Source: Folioceros fuciformis (lineage: Eukaryota). From it: a stretch of DNA of 20,000 bases. Under the pieces are notes generated by a model. That model was not told the origin of the DNA. It saw nothing but the letters and a program-made list of their open reading frames with translations, and ran no database searches. The translations under genes and the position numbers were made by a program. This document shows, piece after piece, positions 11,665 through 20,000 of this stretch. Location of the stretch: positions 46,825 through 66,824 of the forward strand of contig JBNGIO010005480.1 of the NCBI GenBank assembly GCA_049999805.1, given 5' to 3'. The first letter of the stretch is position 1; every line of letters starts with the position of its first letter.

Positions 11665-13644
11665 CTAGTGGCTTACTAAGGTCCTGAGGTACTTGTCTAG
11701 ACGAATTCCAAACACCTTTCTGGAAAAATGTTCTTGCACGTGCTGCCTTGCGGCGATGCCCATGCTTCTTGCCTTCTCAGGGCCAGTGAGCAGAGAAGAC
11801 ATGGCCTGGCAAAAACTCTGCGGCGTGGGTTCACATAGCAGGCCTGTTACACCGTGTCTAATACTTTCTTTAGGACCTCCACTGTTGCAAGCAACTACGG
11901 GCTTTCCTGCAGCCATAGCTTCCAAGGGAACAATCCCAAAATGCTCTTCCTGCATAACATGTTCGCCATGCGATTATGTTGGTGTCCACTGGCAAGCACA
12001 CCAGGAGGAGGCTAGTTAGCGATCGTTCCTTACCATGGGTGTGTAGATGACACAAATGGAGGCATGCAACAGCATGTTTCTTTCCGAGGTTGAACAAGAT
12101 GGTAAAAAGAGAACTTGTTTTGTCACGCCCTCCTGCTGAGCAAGGGAGTTCAGCTCGTTGAAGTACTCACGATTCTCAGACAATCGGGGGTCGTAACCAC
12201 CTGCATTGAGAGGAACGTTAGGAAGCACACAATGCCCTGAGAATGATGTTGCAATTGACGAATGCTGGAACTTGACGTAGCTATGGGTGTGCGATCCGTA
12301 CCAGCAACCACAAGTCGGATGTTTACAAGTTCACCACTGTCTTGGCACTGACTCAGCTGTTCCAGGAGTCGCGAGAAAGCAGAAATTGCCAATCTGAGAT
12401 TCTTCTTCCTCTCAAACCGGTTGATGGAAAGGAATACACGGCTGCGCAACAGAAAACTCCATGGATGATGAGGATGTCATGGAGGAGCGCAAGTTACGCT
12501 CGTAAATCACTCGCAAAAAATACAGCTCACTCCTACCTGCCAGCAGGGAGACCAAGCTTCTCCAAAGATTCTTGAGATGCAGAAGTTGAATCAGCCGTTC
12601 CCGGTGCCGAGAACTGGTCAACATCCACGGCTGGGTACAGGACTGCTGGGTACAGGCCCTTCCTTTCGAGTGACTTGAAAGTCGTCCCAAAGATGCTTGC
12701 CGTGAACTCACTGTTCACCAGCACAAGATCTGCCATTCCTGCATCCGGCTCTCACCATCTCAGGAACTGCATACCCTGCAGATACTAAGAAGGAATGAGC
12801 CAAGCAACCACTTCCACTGGCTTAAGGAAAGAAGAAGTTTCTGCTTGTCCCAGCTAACAAGTCTCAGTCCAATATCGTGGTCCATACCAGTAGTCCTTTC
12901 TTCAACCAAATCGATGGGCCAACGATACATCTTCCTCAATCTCGTGGAATGAGGGGCAAGCAGCAAGTCCGGAAAATGACAGTACAACAGCACCTGCAAA
13001 ACAATCACCCCAAAAGATGAGTGAGGTACGAAAATCTGCCGACAACGCGGCCAACAAATCATCTACTCCCTTTGCTTATCATCCATCTACCGACCTTGGC
13101 ATTTCGTTTCAGCTTCAGCAGAGGTATAACCGCTGACACTTGGTCTGCCAGCGCAACATCATACGCCGGCCAGAATAGCACGACGCACAGAGCCACGTAG
13201 AGGCACCGAACATATGCACACACGGCATGAAACCTGTTGAAGACATGTCGAGGAAGAAAGGACCCATAAACCGTGACTGGAAAATTTCCTGGTAATACAA
13301 CACAACAGGGTGAAGACACAACAGAACCAATTTCAGTCAACATATCGAAGACATAAACCGCAGACGGACAGCCTACCACTCACAGTCTCCTCGAAGCAGC
13401 GCTTAGGATCATGATGAGCTGTGAACACATGCACATGGTGTCCCAACGCAGTCAATTCTAGGGCTGCATCTACAATGAGCCTCTCCGCACCACCTGGCCA
13501 CAATGACGAGATTCGACAATCAGAACCCCACACCCTAATTAGCAGCTCAATGGATGAAGCTCGGAGCACGGCATTTGTCACCGACCCACCTATTCCAAGA
13601 TCAGGATGGCAAATAGCAACACGGAGTTTCCGCGAGGACGCCAT
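11665..13644 (-). CDS. ALG2: Alpha-1,3/1,6-mannosyltransferase ALG2 (GT4), 421 aa
   Basis: Exons 13644-13590, 13493-13377, 13288-13095, 12993-12888, 12738-12537, 12441-12302, 12200-12034, 11949-11665 (1266 nt, in frame, GT-AG). Diagnostic motifs HPDLGIGGAERLIVDAA, YCHFPDLLL, LVNSEFT, LSINRFERKKN, AGGYDPRLSENREY, EHFGIVPLEAM, NSGGPKES. Confidence 0.96.
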
Positions 13645-14558
13645 CGCACTCACAAAGCGTACACTGCTCAGCAAATTGTTTACATGGGCTACTACCATGC
13701 ACCGCCTACACAACAAGTAACCCAGATTAGTTACATGCAAATCTCGAATACACGGTGCAAGGGTTGAAGAAAATAAAAAAGTTTACTTAAGTCTAGTAAA
13801 GAGGGCGGGACTGCGCAGGTCGTTTTGGAGGAAAGTGTGGCGAACGGCGCCGTTCGCTCCTACAGTTTTCTTAACTTCCAAATGCCAATTCGGATTTGCA
13901 CCCTGCTACCCCTTGTTCACAGTAAATCAACCCCCCGCCCTAACACTCCCTTGGTCGCGCCAGTGACGCCCTAGTGATGAGAGCGAAAATGGATCTTCAA
14001 AGCTAGGAGTGAGACGGCTGGGTTGGCGTGAAGATGGACGTGAAAGTCACGAAGAAAAACGGTGCAGGCCCGGTGTCCCGGTCCGGTGCGCTTGGTGCGA
14101 GCCGGGCCGGGTGACACCGGCCGGAACTCTTGGTTGGTCTTGGAACCCACTTGCAACTGCAACTACAGAAACATGAGGAGACGGTTTGCAGTATCGCGAT
14201 TGGCCAACAAACTGTAGGTTTCATTTAGACAGCGTCCGGACGGGCTGAATGTCATCGAATAGCGCTGAGGGCTGGGCCGGGGAATGGTGAATTATGCCGG
14301 ACGTGCCGCTCGTGTGTGGGCGCTTCGTGGACGTGCAGAAGCTTGGATGAATCAAAACCCAAATTTAGCGTTTCATGTGACAGCCCAACCTAGCATCCAG
14401 CCTGGCCCGCTCGACGCAGGAGCCGTTACATAGTCCTGAGTCTCGGACATGGTCGTTCATCATTGCAGAAGCAGAAGCAGGAGCAGGAGCGATTTGCATA
14501 TGTACCTGGCATTCTGCATTGGACTCTCGATCAGAAGAGTTGGGATATCGATCCCATC

Positions 14559-15797
14559 ATGACCATGAGGCTGTCACTGCTGGTAGCACTTGTGGTGGCC
14601 TTGTTCGCCGTGCAGGCTTTCGCCGGCGGCCACGGAGGGCGTACTAGCGAGAATGGATGGGGTGATGGCTACAATGGAGACGACGGCGGGCACCAGGAAG
14701 ACGACGGTGGCCACCACGAAGGCGACGGCGGCCACCACGAAGGCGACGGTGGCGACGATGAAGGTGAGGGCGGCAGCTATGGTATCGCACTACGCATAGC
14801 TCAGTGCACCTTGGCTTGTGTTTGTGTGGCAGTGCTTCGAAATTGTCCGATCCTCAATCCATGTCGATCTGACCCAGTAGTCCCATAAGATTTTTGCAAC
14901 TGGCCATACCCAGTTGAGAGCGAAGCGACTGGCATGAATGAAATTTTGCAATGTGACCGTCGTTGCTGTATGCGTGATTTGTGATGCACAATACAAATGG
15001 ACGGTGTGTGTGACACTGTGATAGACCCCTGCACCAAGTACCCGTCCCTGTGCAAGGACCCGGTTCTCAAGACCCCCGGAGGCCAGCAGTTCTATTTCCA
15101 CGGCCATAAGGACGCCGACTTCTGCCTCGTGTCCGATGCCCACATCCATGTGAACGCCCACTTCACCGGCCTCCGCAGGCCCGACATGGCCCGCGACTTC
15201 ACCTGGGTCCAGGCTCTGGGGCTGAGGTTCGGCGCACACCAGCTGTACATCGGAGCCAACAAGGTGGCGCAGTGGGACGACGCCAAGGACCAGCTGGCCG
15301 TCACCTACGACTCCAACCCCATCGTCCTCCCCGCCGGCCAGGGAGCTGTGTGGCAGTCTCCCGCCAGCGGCATTACCGTTGCGCGCCTGCGTGCCACCAA
15401 CCTGGTCAAGATCGCAGTGGACGGAGTTGTGGAGATGCTGGTGAAGGTGGTGCCAGTTTCCGAGGAGGACAACCGGGCGCACAACTACGGTGTGGATTAC
15501 ACTATCAACTCCATGGCCCACCTAGACGTGAGTTTCAAGTTCGTCAAGCTCACCAGCAACGTGCACGGCGTGCTGGGACAGACTTATGCCCCGGGCTTCA
15601 AGCTGATAGAGAAGCTCCCCGGGCAGCTGATGCCCACCATGAGGGGTGACGACAATTTCCTCACCTCCTCCATCTTCTCGGCCGATTGCTCCGTGACCAG
15701 GTTCGGAGGTGATGCTGGAGACATTATTGCCGACCTCGCTGAGCTGCAATGTGGGCCTTCCAAATCTGGCACCTCTGGCATGGTGTGCAGGCGCTGA
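14559..15797 (+). CDS. Secreted root-cap / late-embryogenesis-abundant-related protein (Root_cap family) with N-terminal His/Asp/Gly repeat, ~331 aa
   Basis: Exon 1 14559-14781 (signal peptide MRLSLLVALVVALFAVQAFA plus repeats), phase-1 intron 14782-15024, exon 2 15025-15797. Family motifs CKDP...FYFHGHKDADFCLVSDAHIHVNAHF...RDFTWVQALG, HNYG...AHLDVSFKF...VHGVLGQTY, C-terminal G-M-V-C-R-R. Confidence 0.9.
14682..14774 (+). repeat. 21-nt coding tandem repeat (4+ copies) encoding DGGH(H/Q)E(G/D)
   Basis: gacggcgggcaccaggaagac / gacggtggccaccacgaaggc / gacggcggccaccacgaaggc / gacggtggcgacgatgaaggt / gagggcggc. Confidence 0.9.
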
Positions 15798-15980
15798 GAA
15801 ATACGCTGCTTCTCCTCTTCACTTAACAATTCTTCAGAAGGTCCTGTTGTTTACTAACATGCTAATGTGCAGTTTCCAATTGTGAATCGAGCTCGGTTCA
15901 GGACGCAAGTCTTGTTCGAGTCAGGGCACTGGCTGCCCGCGAGGTTGACAAGCAGCCATCCTATTGTTCTCTCTGTATTT

Positions 15981-16015
15981 TATTGTATTGTATTGTATTG
16001 CATTGTATTGTGTTG
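15981..16015. repeat. (TATTG)n microsatellite, ~7 units, downstream of the root-cap gene
   Basis: tattgtattgtattgtattgcattgtattgtgttg read directly. Confidence 0.9.
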
Positions 16016-16535
16016 TTGTTGGAAGGACACAAACCAGTCCCGGTGGGCATAGAAATGGAATACCACACCGGACACAAGTCCGGTGCGGCCTCTTCTTTTT
16101 TTATCGCGAATCCAAATTGTCCAGAATATCCGTTCATTATACCAAATATTCTCATGTTTTGTTCAAATTCAAGGATACACGCCATGTTCGCTTTGGCGCC
16201 CTTGCCAACACTAACCCAGCACCACATGACATCATGTCATAGCACACATAGGCAACGGCTACGTCGTGGGTGAAGTGTACACGGTGGTTATCACAAATGA
16301 CTCAATGACATAGCTATGGGTATGCAAGTGGCCGGGGATTGTATAGGGCTGCCCTTCAATTCACACCCCCTCCCGATCTAAGACACCATGAGAGGTGGGG
16401 GAGCCTGTTTGTACCTAGTTGTGCATGCAAATGTGGTCAAATGGGAACTTTAGGCCTCACGGCCTTAAAGGCTTAGTTTGGCCCCACGTGGATGGGGGTT
16501 TTCAAGCCTCGAGAGCTGGAAGCTTTGCTGCTACA

Positions 16536-16651
16536 GGGTCTTAGTGCTCATAGTTGAGACAGGCCATGCCTAAGGGTTGGAGATTAGCCTCAACGGGGTC
16601 TTACTGTTCATAGTTGAGACAGGCCATGCCTAAGGGTTGAGATTAGCCTCA
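16536..16651. repeat. 60-bp tandem repeat (2 copies), possibly inside an LTR remnant
   Basis: gggtcttagtgctcatagttgagacaggccatgcctaagggttggagattagcctca repeated with period 60. A purine tract (16390-16403) followed by TGTTTG at 16406 lies upstream. Confidence 0.85.
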
Positions 16652-16689
16652 CCACTTGCTAGGGCTCGGGAGCTTCCCCCAAATATGCG

Positions 16690-17272
16690 TGGTTGTTAAA
16701 CGATCAACCCGTGAGGTAACCCTCTCTCGTAGTGTTCACTTCAACGAACCTCACATTCTTCATACTTACCGTCACAACATCATAACCTCTAGCTCACTTC
16801 TCACTGCCAATATGACTGTTTATTCCCCTCTTAATCTTGAGGGGGGCACATATGACGACACCCCCTCATCCTTTCTCCAAGATCAAGAGGCTCCTCCACC
16901 AGCTCCTGAACCTGAACAACATGAACACATCCAAATGAACCCTCAGTTAGCATCCCAGCAACAACCACAACAAGTAAGTCATCAAGAACCAGAGGTAATC
17001 CCCCACCAACCTATAGCCCATCCAATCCCACTACAACCTCTCCTCCGAGACGTACCGACTCTTAGGTGATCATCAAGGAACAAGCCACCAAGAGAAGAAT
17101 GGAAGGATCCACCCTACACACCTGGAGACACACTGACTGGCAGAACTCCTCCTTCAGTCGAATCCATTCCTACAGACACTCAGACACAAGTGGATCATAT
17201 GCATCTCATTAAGCACAAGGCATACTCAGCCATTGAGATGCAAGGAGTTCCCTCAACAATCGAGGAAGCCCT
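16690..17272 (+). mobile_element. Ty1/copia pol fragment (integrase C-terminus to the linker before RT), interrupted by a nested element
   Basis: One frame reads STREVTLSRSVHFNE (post-integrase SRxVxFxE motif), a Pro/Gln-rich linker, LR*SSRNKPP (LRRSxR motif with a TGA stop), then VPSTIEEAL (P..xEEAL motif preceding RT), cut off at 17272. Confidence 0.8.
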
Positions 17273-17419
17273 TGTTGAGGTGTAGAAACCCTGACATGAT
17301 TGAATATGCAGTTTAGGGTTAGGTTAACTAACCAACCAACACCTTACAATTTTGCTACTTAAACTCTTATTTCTTAATTAAATGTTGTCTTTGTAAAATA
17401 TGCTTCCGCAAGTTTTTCA
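17273..17419 (+). repeat. 5' LTR (147 bp)
   Basis: Starts TGTTG exactly where the host pol frame breaks and ends in CA just before the PBS. AT-rich, with an AATTAAA polyA-like signal and a CTTCCGC motif. The partner LTR is not in the window. Confidence 0.7.
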
Positions 17420-17431
17420 GGGTATCAGAGC
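17420..17431 (+). promoter_or_regulatory. Primer-binding site for initiator tRNA-Met
   Basis: GGGTATCAGAGC, an 11/12 match to the canonical plant TGGTATCAGAGC. Confidence 0.85.
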
Positions 17432-18440
17432 TCTTTAGAAATGATTATGAGGTTAAGTGCAGTGAGACTGCATAAGTATAATACATACATCTGTCATCTT
17501 TGACAGATTTAGTATAGGATGCTGAATCAGTCACCTTACACTTGTATCCTAGAATCATCATAAGTAGTTTCTTCGTAAAACTTCTAAGAAAAGATTTCTA
17601 TGAAAAACTACAAATGATCCTAAATCTAATTTCGCAATGGCACGCTGGGGAGTAAGGCGCTCTGATGTGTTCTCTACACAAGAAGAGAATCAGTTATTCT
17701 GGGGTCTTCAAACCCAGCTTGTGAGATGTTCTCGACCAAATTCAAGAGGGTGAAGAACTTCCACTATACAGTGCTACTGCGAGTACATTTTTAGACAATG
17801 TCAGCTTTCAAAAGACAAGGAAGATCTAAAACTGGGAAATGCCAGTTTTGTGAATTTAGATCTTCTTGAAAGAATGTTGGAGGAATGTCTATTAATTATT
17901 GAGGCTCACCTTGTGACAACAATTGCTGACCAAGAGGACTTTGTGCTTGCTGTCGCTTGTTGTCACTGGGGACAGCTAACAAATTAATTTTCAGCAGTTC
18001 GCAATTATGTTGACAATTCCCTGGAGTTGCTGTGTGGCGCATCTGCGAGCGATATACTTGGAACTTTAGCAATGGATCAATTAGCACCAATTCAATCTAC
18101 TGAGAAGATCCTTGTGCATGAGCAGATTTGCTCGACTTCACTCTAATCTCAGTTTAGATCTGTACAGGCGCGTTTGTGAGTGGCACCGATTCGTCCCCAT
18201 GCCAGCGCTGCAGCATCTGGATCACAAGGGCTGTCGAGATTAGTCATGCCCTTTCATCTGGCAGCCGACTCAGCAAATTCGTCTAAGTACACAGGTTGTT
18301 TCGAAGTCAGGAGTGTCCATTCAGTTTTCCGGTTTTTAGGGTTCAACTGAAACCAAACCGTCATGAAGAGGTACTTACCGTTTCACTTAAGTTCCAAGTT
18401 GCTTAGTCTTCCTTTGCAGACACTTGGCATTGTCTAGAGT

Positions 18441-19398
18441 ATGTCTGCTGAAGATAGTGACCTGGACTTAGATTTCTCGCCCACTCGATCTGTGTCAGTA
18501 ACCAGTGTCGATTCCGATTAGGAAGAGGAGTCTCAGATCTTAGACTTCCTTAGAAGCCACCTGAACAGTTTAATTACTGGGTCAGTTGGCTTGATTCCTA
18601 CTGGTCAACCTAGTCAGACATCTGGACAGACTCCTGCAAATATGATAACATCACAAGTACCTACCTCTATTGGCGTTACCTATTCAGGTGACTTCAAAGA
18701 AAAAGACAGGTTTCATGGCAAGCAGAATCGGTATGAAAGTTGGAGAGCTCAAATGAAGGCAATGCCAGAGATGTATGGCAATATGTTGATGGTTCTTTGG
18801 CAAATCCCAACAAAATCCCAGCCTCTGCAACTGTTCAGCCGACCGCATATGAGAAATCAAAATGGTATAAGGGCAACAAAATTGCTTATGCCATACTTCT
18901 TTCTGGCCTGGATGAATCTATGGTCACATAAGTTGATTACCTAGAAACGGTAGCTAATGTTTGGAAACAGTTGAAAGATACATATCAGGTGCAGAATATA
19001 CTTACCCTTGTGACTGCAAGGAATGAATTTCACTCACTAAGGATGAGAGAAGGGGACTCTATCGGAGTGCATGTCAGTCGCTTCCGATTCTTGAGAGCAC
19101 AGCTGGCCTCTCTTGGCAGCAAGCTGACTGAGAATGAAGCAGTTGCTCAACTGCTGTCTAGTCTTCCATCTTCTTATAAGAACTTTGTCTCGTCTCAGAA
19201 TTCAGCCCTCCGTGCTTCAGTAGCAGCTGTCACTGCTAGACATGCCCATACGCTCACTTTCAGTGAGCTCATAGGTGCCCTCTTCTAAGAAGAGCAGTCT
19301 TGCCATAGATCTGGGGGACATGGACAGCGAGTGAAGAGTGAGAAAGTTCTATTTGCTGCCAAAGGAAAGCCATTTGAGAAGGGGGAAGACTACCTCCT
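18441..19398 (+). pseudogene. Degraded copia gag (UBN2-type)
   Basis: RFHGKQNRYESWRAQMKA, a frameshift, then DVWQYVDGS...AYAILLSGLDES...VWKQLKDTY...EFHSLRMREGDSIGVHVSRF...LLSSLPSSYKNFV...LTFSELIGALF*EE, with several in-frame stops. Confidence 0.88.
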
Positions 19399-20000
19399 TG
19401 TGGAGGCAAAACCCCGGGCACCGATTGCCAACGGGTTCCACCTTTAGTGGCCACACTTATCCCACTGTCGTTGAGACATTGGGTTTCGTTCCCACGAAGG
19501 AGCGATGGGGTTCCTTGCTGCTGTGGATGGAGGGTCGGACTTGATCGACTCGATGATGGATTCGAGGGCTCCCCTCCAGCTCCGATCAGGCGTAGGACAG
19601 GCCTCGCTGTTCGGCGGTCAGCTGCACCTCTCTCGGTGCCCACAAACTCACTCTTGTCACTACAACGACCCTAACCTCTCAGATCTGCGACTTCCCTCAC
19701 TCACTTCACTCACTCTCTTACTCCAGCAACAACACCAGCAACTAACAATGACACCACTACCTTCTACACTTCCCTACTGACTCCTCCTACCCGACAAGAG
19801 TCACTAGACTAACCCCAAAGAAAAGGAAGAAGGGAACACACTCCCCTCGTGGATATCTCCTCCTCACAACCTTACCAGATGCCATGAGACATGGCCGGCC
19901 TACAGCACTTGTCCAAGCAAGGAACAAGAGTGGACAGGTCGAGAGAAAGACACATCCTTTACAATCAAGAGCTAGGGGCAAGCCCCTACACCCTGGTCAT

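Larger units (their letters stand above)
17273..19398 (+). mobile_element. Nested Ty1/copia LTR retrotransposon, 5' part: short LTR, PBS, long leader, degraded gag
   Basis: TG...CA LTR 17273-17419, PBS at 17420-17431, gag remnant from 18441. No protease, integrase or RT follows in the window. Confidence 0.85.

Noticed and set aside
14790..15829. 243-aa and other minus-strand ORFs over the root-cap gene
   Set aside because: Antisense shadows caused by strong codon bias.
16066..16102. 8-bp hairpin CACCGGAC-ACAA-GTCCGGTG with a downstream T run
   Set aside because: A bacterial terminator makes no sense in plant nuclear DNA, and no CTRR follows as a Helitron 3' end would need.
16536..16651. Direct repeats as a CRISPR-like array
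   Set aside because: Only two adjacent copies, no spacers, no cas genes, eukaryotic context.
16836..16847. TTGAGGGGGG as a polypurine tract
   Set aside because: It lies inside the continuous copia linker frame and no TG-started LTR follows.

Overview
Eukaryotic DNA from a compact land-plant genome. Short introns (mostly ~90-150 nt), ~300-400 bp intergenic gaps and a centriole gene suggest a flagellated-sperm lineage, most likely hornwort/bryophyte (inference). From left to right: (1) a probable promoter and 5'UTR exon of a gene running off the left edge; (2) a DOXC-class 2-oxoglutarate/Fe(II) dioxygenase with a 1-nt frameshift in a G homopolymer; (3) a tandem degraded paralogue that keeps an intron the first copy lacks; (4) a 13-exon C2CD3-like centriole/ciliogenesis gene (~1704 aa) whose stop codon lies in a 76-bp tandem duplication; (5) an intact 8-exon ALG2; (6) a divergent secreted root-cap/LEA-related gene with a His/Asp/Gly heptad repeat; (7) a nest of decayed Ty1/copia elements, including a short-LTR element with a ~1 kb coding-like leader before gag. 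I found no convincing wholly new system. The best leads are the plant C2CD3 architecture, the paralogue intron difference and the extra copia leader. All homology calls come from remembered motifs, not from database searches.
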